The notes: generated by a model from the letters alone, not told the origin. A DNA stretch of 64,000 nucleotides from Yuukianura sp. NJ FZ-2021 (GCA_046563655.1 CM102285.1:2170001-2234000), one strand, 5' to 3'; numbered from the stretch's first letter, positions 18,501-30,730 are shown. A program made the numbers and translations.

Positions 18501-19576
18501 GACGAAGCAACGTTTTCGAGTTTGGGAGAAAAAGTTACTTTTGCATTTCGGATGTGGGCGTTTCCATTTGCCAAAGTTTTTCTCAAACCGATCGAGGAAC
18601 AAACAGGAGCATTTGGACGGCCATTGGAAGACGTCGCAAAAGAAACTGTTGCTCAAGTGGCTGAAATCAAAGATGCGTTACATAAATATACTACAACAGT
18701 TAACGCAGAAATAGATCATCATCGGCGCGCCTTTGATTTTTACAAGGAAGCAGGTTTCGAAAATGATCCATTCTACGTTTGGAAATGGGCTACCCACAAG
18801 CAAGAAATTCTGGATCTTCTGAGCGGGAAAACTGTATCGCTTGATGCAAACATTTTGCACTTCCGGGACGATGGCATGCATTTTGAAAAAGAAGCGTTTA
18901 AATTTGGCGCAATCAGTTTGCACTTTTCCGTTGCGAATAACGACACGGTAGTTCAAAATCGCCTGAACGAAGGGCTTGTTGAATTCTATTTGAGCATCGT
19001 TCACATGGGCCTCAATTACTATCACTTTCAAGGGAAAAACTACGTTTTTAGAACAGGAGTAACCAAGTTTGGTGTATCGGGAGGCGACTTTAGTGAAGAT
19101 AAAAAGAGGTTTGATCACCAAACATTTTCAATGACAAAATATGCCGGTGGAGATGCAACGCTGAGTCCGTACACTACATGGAAGTTTAAACTTACAAAGA
19201 CGCGGGAAACTTCGGACTGGAACAAATTGAAACTTTTGGAAGGTGAGGAAATAAACTTGGAACTAATTGGAACGGGATATTTGGTTCAGCCATTTTTGGG
19301 AGAATTCTACAAGGATGACACTATGGCTGACTTTTTTGAGGTAAATTAAAACAAATTAATTAAAAGTGCTATAACGTATTGCATTACATGTTCCAGATTT
19401 TTGCCTTTTAATTTTTATAGCCGATTGGCGATGGAGAAATTGGCGCGAACAGGCGTAGTGGATACTCTGGTTCACGGCTCAAAAAATGCCGACCAAAAGT
19501 AATGGATGTTGAGCCTCACCAACATTTCGCTCAAGACGCTGCAGGCGAAGTACATGAACTTAGCCATTCCACCTAA
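15526..19576 (+). CDS. Large secreted coiled-coil protein (~1,150 aa), putative alpha-helical pore-forming toxin-like; 3 exons (~15526-16021, ~16513-19340, 19421-19576)
   Basis: Signal peptide MRICLYLCVVFFVKVILLCSLVVA; RRKRR furin-type site; 933-aa open exon with long heptad helices flanking the hydrophobic hairpin AIFGVFSTVAAGVSVIAPPIGTIVGTGLNIGATVG; beta-rich C-terminus with LSPYTTWKFKL; donor gag|gtaaat and acceptor ttatag|ccg give a terminal exon. The first intron boundaries are uncertain and the function is inferred. Confidence 0.7.
16045..16442 (+). mobile_element. Short HINE/DINE-1-like (Helentron-associated) non-autonomous element
   Basis: TAGCGAA ... TTCGCTA subterminal inverted repeat, (TGTC/CGTC)n microsatellite, GGTCAAAGGTCAAGGTCA and AAAAGTTGTTCATCTC.TCGAGA...AACTTTT shared with the element at 20868. 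Confidence 0.55.
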
Positions 19577-20053
19577 CATAATAATGTTGTGATAACTTAC
19601 CCTAGTTATAAGAAAAACTGAATCAAAATTTGGATTGGTCAGTTCCTATAAATTTCTCACCTTTATGTTTATCATAGTAAAAAAATTACCGAGTTTTTGC
19701 ATTCAAAAACGAACTGAAATTACTCTTTTATTTTGTGGGGTCTTTAAAAAGAGTCGTTAATTTTTTAGCTGACTTTCAAAGAATATGAAGTAAAAAGTAT
19801 ATTTCAGTTTGAATTACTTTTTGAAAATAACTTTTAATAGCTACGTATAACCAATATTAACGTTTAGCAATTCCATGCTCATTATAACCTTGACCTTGAT
19901 AAATACTCAAATTTTATTTGTAGAGGAAGCATTGTTACTGCCTAAAATTCATAGCATTCAATTCAACACTCTTCTCTCGAGTTGAGTAGAGCACATACAA
20001 CACAGGTTGTGGTAAAGTTGTATAATTTATTTGCCCCTTCGCAATTTTGCAAA

Positions 20054-23000
20054 ATGTTTTGTAGCCTGTGGACGGTAGTTGTAGTCGTCTCCGTTCAAGC
20101 TCAGTTGATATGGTCAGTCGACAACCCCGCTCCTTACCGACCAGTAATGCCGCTTTTTCATGAGCCCAATTGCGAAGGTCCATATATCGAGGAATATCTG
20201 GCAGGCACAAATGTGTCTAAACTTCTCGATTCTAGCAATCGGGCAAAATCAGTCCGACTATTGGGAGCGTAAGTTTTTTGATCGAGTTTTGAAAATGATT
20301 TTTGAAGCAAATAAAAATTATATTCGGTAAGTTTATATAGAAAATGAAATACAAAACAAACTTCAAAGTCAGACAGAATTTGTAAACTTTGTTTCGTTAA
20401 AATTCAGGCTAGAATTTGCCGCAAACTTAATTTACTGCAAATTGAGAGCAGAAAATGAATGTGACATCTGATAGATAAGCCATTTTGCCGAATAAATGTT
20501 TCCGACTCACATTCCTCTGAATGAATTACTGCGAAAGTATTTACTCCGACCAGTGTTAGAAGTTAAATATTTCACTTTTCAGTGAAAAGTGAAAAAAAAC
20601 TGAAATTAACTGAAAAAAACCCTAAACGAAGAAAACCTCCAAGTGAAAGAAACTAAACTAAAGAAAACAGCTGTAGTTTATTTAAGTTTTTTTCAATTTT
20701 TCAGTTTTTTTCATTTATTTCAGTTTCTTTCACTGAAACGAAATTTTGCTTTGAGTGAAAGATTGCCTTAAAAATAGGGGGTATTCAATGCTCAATTATT
20801 TACAATTATTTTGGTCAAAATTATTTTTTGAACACCCTCCAAAATTAAATTTTCAATTATAATTAGAAATAATTGACTCGACACGAGAGTCAATTATTAT
20901 AATAGCGAAGCTATTATTATAGAAGACGTCTGTCTGTCCGTCCCTCTGTCCCTCTGTCCGTCCGTCCGGATCATGTTCCTCGGAAACTACTGGTCCGATT
21001 TGATTCCGGTTTTCACCAGTGACTATGTCATGACCCGGGCTTGGTCACTATTCAATATGACCCCCGTGTGTCAACTCCTTCCGGGTCAAAGGTCAAGGTC
21101 AACCGGTTTCATCCCCGGTAACATAGAAAATGACCTCTACAAAAGTTGTTCATCTCATCGAGATGAACAACTTTTATGTGTAATGTGTGACCCTAGGTCA
21201 CCTGCTTCCGGGTCAAAATTGATTTCAAAGGTCATTTGTAATGCAAAAGTGGGTAAAAAAAAACTCTGCTTCTGAGACTGGAAAGGCAATTGGCATGGGA
21301 CTTGATTCTCTGCTTAGCAAAAAATCTATTACGCAGTTGACATGTACACGTGTGCCCAGTCGCCTATCCATTCGTTCTGTTGTTGCTTCATCCAGATCCC
21401 ACCTCTCCACAGTCCACATCTTTGTTTGAAATCACTGCGACACCCCATGCAGGGGTGACAAAGTGGGGGAAACACCCCCTCTCTCCCGGGGCAACCACTC
21501 CCTCTCCCCCGGGGCACTCACCCGCTCTCCCCCGGGGCACTCACCCCCTCTTCCCCGGGGCACTCACCCCCTCTCCCCCGGGGCACTCACCCGCTCTCCC
21601 CCGGGGCACTCACCCGCTCTCCCCCGGGACACTCACCCCCTCTTCCCCGGGGCACTCACCCCCTCTCCCCCGGGGCACTCACCCGCTCTCCCCCGGGGCA
21701 CTCACCCCCTTTCCCCCGGGGCACTCACCCCCTTCCTCCCGGGGGAACCACCCCCTCCCCCCCCCCGGGGAATCACCCCCTCTCCTGCCGGGGCACTCAC
21801 CCCCTCTCCCCCGGGGAACTACCCCCTCTCCCCCCGGGGAACCATCCCCTCTCCCCCCGGGGAACCACCCCCTCTTCCCTCGGGGAACTACCCCCTCTCT
21901 CCCTGGGGAACCACCCCCTCTCCCCCGGGGAACCCACCCCCGCGCTCCCTGGGGTGTGGAGCAAAAAAGTGCGGGGAACACCTCCACTCCCCCTGGGGGG
22001 CGGGAAATTGGGGGGAACACCCCCCGCGCTCCCTGGGGTGCGGAGCAAAAAAGTGCGGGGGAGGGGAACACCCACACTCCCCCTGGGGGGCGGAGCAAAA
22101 AAGTGCGGGGAACACCCACACTCCCCCTGGGGGGCGGGAAATTGGGGGGAACACACCCCTACTCCCCCGGGGGGGGGGGGGGCGGAAAAGTGGGGGGAAC
22201 ACATCCCCTTCGGGGGGCCCTATCTTCGCTATTATCATTATGGGCGGTTTACAACCGGTTTATTTCACCCCAAAACCATACGTGGGTATGTTGTTGGTAT
22301 GTTGTGGGTATGGTGGTATGTTGTTGGTATGTTATGGGTATGTTGTTGGTATGTTGTGGGTATGTTGTTGGTATGTTGTTGGTATGTTGTGTGTATGTTG
22401 TTGGTATGTTGTGGGTATGTTGTTGGTATGTTGTGGGTATGGTGGTATGTTGTTGGTATGTTGTTGGTATGTTGTTGGTATGTTACGGGTATGTTGTGGG
22501 TATGTTGTAGGTATGTTGTGGGTATGTTGTTGGTATGTTGTTGGTATGTTGTTGGTATGTTGTTGGTATGTTGTGGGTATGTTGTTGGTATGTTGTTGGT
22601 ATGTTGTTGGTATGTTGTTGGTATGTTGTTGGTATGTTGTTGGTATGTTGTGGGTATGTTGTTGGTATGTTGTGGGTATGTTGTGGGTATGTTGTGGGTA
22701 TGTTGTGGGTATGTTGTGGGTATGTTGTGGGTATGTTGTAGGTATGTTGTAGGCATGTTGTGGGTATGTTGTTGGTATGTTGTGGGTATGTTGTTGGTAT
22801 GTTGTTGGTATGTTGTTGGTATGTTGTGGGTATGTTGTGGGTATGTTGTTGGTATGTTGTTGGTATGTTGTTGGTATGTTGTGGGTATGTTGTTGGTATG
22901 TTGTGGGTATGTTGTGGGTATGTTGTGGGTATGTTGTGGGTATTTCAGTTTCAGTTAATTTCAATTTTTTTCATTTCTTTAAGGTGAAACGAAATTTTGC

Positions 23001-23752
23001 GTTCCCAACCTAAATTTATGGACTGAAAGAAAACAGCTGTAGTTTCTTTCAGTTTCTTTCAATTTTCAGTTTATTTCATTTTTTTCATGCATCCTGTTTC
23101 AATGTCACAACCTGTTTTTAGATGGCTGTTTTATGATCTACCAGACTATAACGATGGCATTGGTGCTATGGAGTACATTTTTGAAGCGTTTCCAACATGT
23201 TTTGACTTTGGAAACAAACTGGCTGGTAAAGTATCTTCCCTTAGATCAGTTGGAGATCCTCAGGATTATACTGCCTCAACAGTCACAATCTTTGAGTACA
23301 GGGATTTCCAAGGACAAGCAGCATTCGTTTCACATGAGTTCGCTCCTCCAGGAGGCAACTACCAACAAAACCTAATCTAAATCAAAATTTCAATTAATCC
23401 AAATTTCTTACCTTATTTTATTTTTTTTACTTTAGAATTTGTGGGTTTTGCTGCCCTTCGGCGTATTGGGTCTCTGATTATCACTGGGAAAAATCCCTGG
23501 ACAATTTTTGACAGATATGATGATGTTGAAAAAGTAAATAGAAATGTGTGTCTGCAACCGGAAACGTTGGCCCTGTTTCCATACTCGGATTCAACGCCGT
23601 CACTCATTTCAGATATTTCTGATTTTAACCCAGCATCTCACATTAAGAAGATAAGTGCTCTCGAAGCTGGGTGTACCAAGGCTGATACTACAGCCACTCT
23701 TCGCAGACAAATTCGTCGGGGCAAAAATGATGATACGTATGAGAACCAGTGA
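20054..23752 (+). CDS. Secreted beta/gamma-crystallin-domain protein, copy A1 (exons ~20054-20268, 23122-~233xx, ~23436-23752; first intron expanded by nested repeats)
   Basis: Signal-like MFCSLWTVVVVVSVQA; Greek-key-type motifs LFHEPNCEG, AKSVRLLGAWLFYDLPDYN, VSSLRSV, VTIFEYRDFQG, IGSLIITGKNPWTIFD. Confidence 0.7.
20868..22262 (+). mobile_element. HINE/DINE-1-like (Helentron-associated) element carrying an expanded GC-rich minisatellite
   Basis: 5' hairpin AATAATTGACTC..GAGTCAATTATT (20868-20898); subterminal IR ATAATAGCGAAG (20899-20910) / CTTCGCTATTAT (22224-22235); (GTCC/GTCT)n microsatellite; 3' small hairpin CGGTT-TAC-AACCG. Confidence 0.6.
21470..22200. repeat. GC-rich minisatellite (~22-23-bp unit CCCCGGGGCACTCACCCCCTCTC grading into a GGAGCAAAAAAGTGCGGGGAACAC-type unit)
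   Basis: Direct reading; explains the Pro/Gly-rich ORFs found in all frames. Confidence 0.95.
22283..22942. repeat. 11-bp tandem repeat (GGTATGTTGTT/GGTATGTTGTG)n
   Basis: About 60 near-perfect units read directly. Confidence 0.97.
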
Positions 23753-24388
23753 CAACAAACTATACAGATTATAGTTTCTGGTAAGTAAAAAAGTGTAAAA
23801 AGACATTAGCCTTTTGAACCCGCTCATTCGATGTTATTAGGGGTTATAAAAAGAAACTGACTGTTAAAATTTTTCTTAGCTTCAATAACGAATATCGTTC
23901 AAAAGTCGAGTATCTGACAAAATTGGGAACAAAAAAATGTGTTTTAACTTAAACCAAACTCTGTGTAATCTAGCGAGTTTAGCAAAACCAAAAATAAACT
24001 CAAAGCTTTGACGATAAACGAAAAACATCTCTTACGTAGCGATGGTTCAAAAGAAGCATTTTACTTTTCATTGTGCCGTTTGAGGCAAATAAAATAAGAG
24101 GACAATATTATAAAAATGATGTCTATTAAATTAGTACTTAAGAATACTTTATTTAAAAGAAAAAGTGTTCCTCAAATTATAAACATTTGAGTTTTCCACC
24201 ATCGCGGTTTCGGGCGGCGGTTTGGATGACCTTCAAATTTAACAATTTTTGTTGTCTTAGAGGTTGTGAGACAATGGTTTTAAAATACGTGATTTTTAAA
24301 TTTGATTACCAATTGTTCTTAAGTTTTAAATGTAATTGTCCACCATACTTGTCATATGAGTTGTAGGAGTCGCACGGTTCTCTTGAAC

Positions 24389-25737
24389 ATGGCAATCACG
24401 AAAGGGATAATACAGCTACTAGCTATGTTTATCTTCCTACTGCCACTTAAGCGTGAGTATTATTTAAAACCAAGCAGAAAGAAATTTTGAAATGCGAAAC
24501 TTGTCTTATCATAAGTTTTACATTCCCTTAACTTTATTTTCGTATAGTCTGCGCACAGGACAGAAGTGATGTTGCACATCGAGGCGAACGAGTGTCACCA
24601 AACAAAGATAGCCCTGGTAATTCTTTCAATACTTACGAGGCAACATTCCCAACCGGTCGTCAAGTTTTTGAATTTAAAAATACATTTATATTCTGTATGT
24701 CAACGTAAAATTTTCCGCACTATTTTTGGTTGCTAACGTCAAAAAGAATTACCCCGACCTGGGCTCGAACCCGTGACATCACTCCAAAGAAGAAAAAATT
24801 ATTTATGTGAAATTCTTCAACAGAAAACGTGTTTAAAATGTTATATCATACAATCTTGACGTTTTCTATTGAATAATTTGACATCAAAAATATTTTTTCT
24901 CTTTTTCTGAACTAGGGCAATGGGTTCGAGCCCAGAGCGGGGTACTGTATTTCTGGTGTTGGCACCCGAAACTACCGCAGAAAAGAATTTCTTTGGACAT
25001 ACCGAATACGACTGTGTTTTTTGAAATTCAAGAACTTGACGATCGGTTTCGTTAGTTTATATTTTTTCAGTTATTGCAATAACCTGAAATTAATTTGAAA
25101 GTATTTTTAATGGTTATTCAGTAATTCAACTTTATCCATTACTCCAGGCTACCCAGTGTCAATGACATCAGATGAGGTAAAAGCTATCAAGTTGAAATTA
25201 AATTGCGGCCAAAATGGAACTAAACTTCAGAGTCGCAGCGGAAACAAATGTACTGACGATGGGTTCAAAGCACCCAAAGAAATTAAGGACCGTCCAGTAT
25301 ATCGCATAACCCCAGTTGGAGTGGGTCAAGCTGACTACAGGGTTTGTCGGGTTTTATTTAGGAGCGAAGCACATGGTACATATTTTATCATGGGACAAGC
25401 ATGGTTGGAAAATGACAAATGGAGATGTGCATATCCTTACGGCGGAGTTGCTAACAAGGATGACAGTGGCACCTACTTTGAAATACTGACAGGGGATAAC
25501 TACAAGCAGGTAATTGTAGAAGGTGAAATTCCGCCTAATGCAGTGCCGGGCGGCGTCACTTTTGAGGTGGGCAAACCCAGAACAGTCGTGAATTGGGTGG
25601 GATTGCATATTGAAAGGACTTACTTTTATGTTGGTAGGATACCAATTGAGACTCCTAATTCCATCTACTACATGTATCACGATGGATATGAATATAGTGA
25701 GTACTCACCATTTCTTATATTGGCGTGTAAAGAATAA
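24389..25737 (+). CDS. Secreted DM9-repeat (DUF3421/natterin-N-like) protein, copy B1 (3 exons)
   Basis: Signal-like MAITKGIIQLLAMFIFLLPL; VCRV..., CAYPYGG...YFEILTG, GEIPPNAVPGG, YVGRI match DM9 repeat patterns. Confidence 0.7.
24651..25048. mobile_element. Foldback MITE in intron 2 of B1
   Basis: AACCGGTCGTCAAGTTTTTGAATTT ... AAATTCAAGAACTTGACGATCGGTT; inner IR GGGCTCGAACCC / GGGTTCGAGCCC; absent from the equivalent intron of paralog B2. Confidence 0.75.
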
Positions 25738-25880
25738 ACTCAATGCTAAATTTCCTCCGAATGCTAAGTTTCGGTTGGATTATACCCATGTGGGCGCATG
25801 TTAAAAACTTAGAAAAATTTCGAGAAAAAGGTCAATGACATCACCAAACAACCCAAAAAATGACCTCTACAAATGTTGTT

Positions 25881-26228
25881 GGGCAAGCATGGTTCGAAAA
25901 TGGCACATGGAGATGTGCATATCCATACGGCGGAGACTCACACAAAAATGAAAATGACACCTACTTTGAATTACTGACGGGGCTTGACTATGACCTATTT
26001 CGCCTCTTGGGTGGAAGTGAAATTCCGCCGAATGCAGTTCCGGGTGGTACAATTCTTGAGCAGGGCCAACCCAGAGAAGTAGTGAACTGGGTGGGATTGT
26101 ACGATGGACACCCTCGCCATTATGTTGGAAGAATTCCAATTGAGTATCCCAATTACATCTACTACATATATGGCAATGGATATGAACGCAACGTATACCG
26201 ACCATTTTTTATATTGGTTTGTAAATAA
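25881..26228 (+). pseudogene. 5'-truncated DM9-repeat gene copy (B') fused to a repeat fragment
   Basis: GQAWFENGTWRCAYPYGG...FILVCK is clearly paralogous to B1/B2; upstream sequence ATGACCTCTACAAATGTTGTT matches the HINE-like element (21070-21150 region) and not the gene. Confidence 0.65.
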
Positions 26229-26348
26229 AATGAGTCCATTGTTCTATGAACCATTGTTCAATCTCCACCCGAATTGCTTACAGTACATTTGAAACAGTTT
26301 TTTTTTGGTACAGGTGTGTATATCTTATCATTTTTCCAATTCAAGAAA

Positions 26349-27387
26349 ATGGTTTACACTCTGTTCATGGTAGTTGTAGTCGTTTCCGTTCAACCTCAGT
26401 TCACATTGTCAGACGACAACTCAGATCCTTACAGGCCAACAATGACGCTGTTTAGTGAGGCGAATTGCCAAGGGAAACCTCTTGACTTTCTGGGAGGCGT
26501 CAATTTGCCTAACCTTGATTATGACGGCTACAGTCTCAATGTCGCAAAATCAGTTAAAATATTAGGATCGTAAGTTTTGTTGTTTTTTTTTATTATAGTT
26601 CAAAACAATAATAATTTTGTTTCCTATATTATATATTAAAAAAACTGTAAAAATTGAAGCAAAATGCAGAAAACTTTATTTTCGCAGCGATGTTGCTGGA
26701 ACTAACAGCAGAATACTTTGATGTTAGCTAGATATTGTATTCGATACTGCTTTAATGTCAGAAAATTTTTTTTTAGATGGTTGTTCTATCATCTATCCAA
26801 CTTTAACAGTGGAATTGCTCCTATGCAGTACATTTTTGACGCGTTTCCAATATGCTATGACTTTGGAGACAAAATGGGTGGTAAAGTATCGTCGTTAAGG
26901 TCAATTGGAGATCTTCGCGGCTATACTGACCCAACAATCACAATTTATGAATTCAGGGATTTCCAAGGAGAAGCAAAATTCGTTTCACAAGGTCCTTGGA
27001 AATACAACTTAATCTAAATCAACATTTTAAACGAGTTACGTTGTATTTCTATTTATTTTTTTTTCTGTAGAGGGAAGAGGTTTTGTTAGTCTACCTCGCG
27101 TTGGGTCACTGATTATCACCGGACAAGATCCATGGACAATTTACGACAAATATGATGAGGTGGAAAAAGTCAATAGAAGCCTATGTCTGCAACCGGAAAA
27201 ATTGACCCTGTTTCCATACACGATCTCTACGCCGTCAGTCCTCTCAAATATTTATGATTTTGAACCAGCATCTCACATTAAGAGGATAAGTTTTGTCGAA
27301 GTTGGCTGCACAAAAGCTGATTCGAAAGCCACAATCCGCCGGCAAATACGCAAAGGCAAAAATGATGATGCGTATGACAACTATTAA
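26349..27387 (+). CDS. Secreted beta/gamma-crystallin-domain protein, copy A2 (3 exons)
   Basis: MVYTLFMVVVVVSVQP signal-like; LFSEANCQG, WLFYHLSNFN, VSSLRSI, TIYEFRDFQG, GSLIITGQDPWTIYD; same exon structure as A1. Confidence 0.72.
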
Positions 27388-27736
27388 CAAAAATTAGTTA
27401 GAAATTTTTGTGTTTCTGGTAGGCAGAAAAGTGTCCAACGGCATTATATTATATCTAGATGACAATATATTATATTATAAAATTGTGTCTTTCAAATCAA
27501 ATAAGTACTTATTAGGAAAAGTATTTCTCATGTTAAACAAATATGGATTCAACTACCTTGGAGACTTTGGACGGCGCTTTGGTCCGCCGTCTCGTTCGGC
27601 AATTTTTTGTGTTAAAAGTTGCGAGACAATGGTAAATAGGTAACTCTTAATTTGATTACCAATTGTACTAAATTTGTGAACGTACTTTTTCAAACTACAT
27701 GTCATTTCAGTATTAATTAGTAGTCCCACAGCTCTC

Positions 27737-28766
27737 ATGATCACGGAAATCATGAAGGGGATAATAACGGTCGTGTTTGTCTTCCTGCAACCACGTAAAG
27801 GTGAGCAAATTTAAAACTAACGTTAAGTACTAAACTTTTGAAACAATAGATTTGTTTAGTACAAGTTTTAAATTTTTTTAATTTTATTTTTGTCAAGGCG
27901 TTTGTACAAAAATAGTATTTTACTTCTTCTATCTTTTCTTAAACAAGAGTGATTCCATTGTTTTTTAACCTTGATTTTTGTAGTATGCACACAAGATAGC
28001 AGTGATGTTACACCTCAAGGCGAACGAGCGGAGCCAAACCAAGATAGCCCAGGTAACTAATTAAATATTTACACTTTCGTTTTTGACATTTGACAATTAT
28101 TACAGTATTTTGAAATTCATTTCAATGTTTTTAATGGTAAGTCAATTAATGACTTTTTAATCACCCCCAGGTCACCGCGTGTCAATGACATCCGAAGAAG
28201 TAAAAGCTATCAAGTTAAAATTAAATTGCCGTCAAAATGGAACTAAACTTTAGAGTCGCAGCGGAAAAAGTTGTACGGATGATGGATTCAAAGAACCCAA
28301 AGAAATTGAAGACCGTCCAGTATACCGCATAACCCCAACCAACAGTGGTCAAGCTGACTACAGAGTTTGTCGAGTTTTATTCAGTAATGGAGCACATGGT
28401 ACACATTTTATCATGGGACAAGCATGGTTGGAAAATGACGAATGGAAATGTGCATACCCGTATGGTGGAGTTGCAAATAAAGTTGAAAGTGGCGACTACT
28501 TTGAAATACTGACGGGGGATGGCTATGACCTAGCACGTATAAATGTGCGAAGTAATATTCCGTCAAATGCAGTACCGGGAGGAGTGACATTTGAGGTGGC
28601 CAAACCGAAAAAAGTCGTGAATTGGGTAGGGTCGATATTGCAATACAGTCACTATCATGTTGGGAGGATACCGATTGAATATCCTAATTACATCTACTAC
28701 ATGAATCCCGACGGATATGAAATTTATGAAAAACCACCATTTTTTATACTGGTTTGTAAAAAATAA
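27737..28766 (+). pseudogene. DM9-repeat gene copy B2 with an in-frame nonsense codon
   Basis: Collinear with B1, but AAACTTCAGAGT (B1) is AAACTTTAGAGT (TAG at 28251-28253). Confidence 0.65.
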
Positions 28767-29618
28767 ACTCAATTCAAAAACCTGTCTAAACGCTAAAGGT
28801 TTGGCGGGTTCAAAACTTTTGTAAACAATCAATTCATTTGCTCAATGTCGTAAGCAGACAACTTGTATGCATGATAAATTGTTTAAATGGTAATAATTCA
28901 TTAATAACAGTCATTTCGTAAGCGTGGATAACCCTGCTGGATCTTAAGGTAAAAACTTGCTATGTCATCTCGCTTCCAAAAAATTTTTTAAATACGACAT
29001 TATATTTTTAAAAAAAAAAAGTATAAAGTTCGATAACCTAGCTCAGCATAGCATAAGAAAATATGAGTTAATTCGAATGAAAACATTGTGCGTGCAGTAA
29101 CGTCAATTTTTTACTATGATGTAGTGATTTCAAGATTTTGGTAAAATCAGTGCTTACAAAAACTTGAGTTTACGAATTGACCATTTGTTACGCACGCCCT
29201 GCGTATGAATTGAAAATTCAGACATTTCAATATTTGCCTCACTCGAGTTACGGGTGACTTTTTTACGTTTCCTTGATTGCAAAAAGACAAATTTTTCACA
29301 ATTTAATTATCGAAAATACCTTGAATACATAAAATGAACCAATGAGACACGAAAATAATAACGTTATTGTACATTAGTTGCTCCTACAAATTAGTGGCTT
29401 GTTATGAAATGGAAACATTTTTTTTAATTGCTAAACTATAGAACTCTCCTCTTAGCGGACTCGATATATAGGTCCTTGCTTGCATATCATCTTATTAGAT
29501 TAGAAAAATTAGGCAAGCAGAAAAGGGATATGCAGTATATTTAGGTCCACAATAAATGAGGTAAGCGATAATTAAGTTAATTTTAAGCTATGTTTAATTA
29601 AGTTAGATTAGGCTGGTT

Positions 29619-29779
29619 ATAAATTGAAGGCGTTCGCGGAAGAAGTTGCAAACTCGTTTCGTAACTAAGGGAAACCGAAAATTTTTCAATTGTTAGCAGG
29701 GAGAAATCCATTTAAATTTGTTGATGCCAAAATTGTGATTTTGAGTTTGCAACTTTTTCCGCGAACTACGTCAATTTAT
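29619..29779. mobile_element. MITE with ~35-bp imperfect TIRs
   Basis: ATAAATTGAAGGCGTTCGCGGAAGAAGTTGCAAACTC ... GAGTTTGCAACTTTTTCCGCGAACTACGTCAATTTAT. Confidence 0.7.
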
Positions 29780-30730
29780 GCGTTACGCACGTATAATTTA
29801 TTTATAATTTATAATAATTTATTTACGTATAATTTATTAATCGCTTAATGTAATTATAATTGCATTAGGTAATTAACTAACTATGTACGTCACATTACAT
29901 TTGTAAAGCAGCAACTTAAAAAATTAAAAACAACCCACTTAAAAAATAATTTACTTTGATTTTGCATATATTTTTACCTGTTTTAGTAAATGTAATACGA
30001 ATCTATTAATTTAAGACAAAATGAACAGTACGGTTTCAAATGACCTTAATGAATTGGCAGTCAATGTGTCGGTGAAATTGAAAAAAATTAATACATTTTT
30101 TAATTAGTTGAATGCTGCTGCTTTGCGATACTTGGATGGTATCAACTCTTGAACGGTTACTTACAAGTTAGACTCTAATTTACTTCCGTTAGTGACAAAG
30201 TGGAGTGGAAACAAAACCGGGAGTAACACAGATTCTATCTTGCAAAAGTTGTGTTGTTTATGCTCTAGTGCTCTAATTCGTTCAAGGCTGAGAAGATCAT
30301 AGTAAAAAATGTTATTTTGAAAGGAGTAGTTTTTGAACTCAATTTTTTTAACGTGACCTTTGGCAGTTTGGGCATTCGGTTTAATCTTCACCAAAAAAGA
30401 AAAATTTTCTTGTACTTTTTAATTAACGTTTCCTGCCCACTGGACGTAGTATAGGTCAAACTGCTTAGTATAAAGAGATTCACTCGGCTCAATTCAGTGT
30501 CAATCGGGAGTCTGACCAGGCTCTCAGCCATCAAATTCACACACAAAATCCACATTTTTGTTAAAAAATTTAGTTATAAATTTTTAGATTTTGTACAAAG
30601 TTTGCAAAATATACTTAAAACCACTACCCTTGCCCAAGTGTTTTAATTTTATTCGGACATACTAGTATTAGTGAGACGCAGAATTTGAATTTCGCGGAAG
30701 TCTTTGTTCCCGGAATTTGAATCTTTCAGT

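Noticed and set aside
22283-22942. Possible CRISPR array or telomeric repeat
   Set aside because: No unique spacers and the context is eukaryotic; the 11-bp unit is not a known telomere motif and is interstitial
21350-23013. Long overlapping ORFs (up to 429 aa) on both strands
   Set aside because: Artefacts of the GC-rich minisatellite and the stop-free 11-bp repeat, inside an intron
24755-24945. tRNA B-box-like GGTTCGAGCCC / GGGCTCGAACCC
   Set aside because: Part of a foldback MITE's inverted arms; no cloverleaf found
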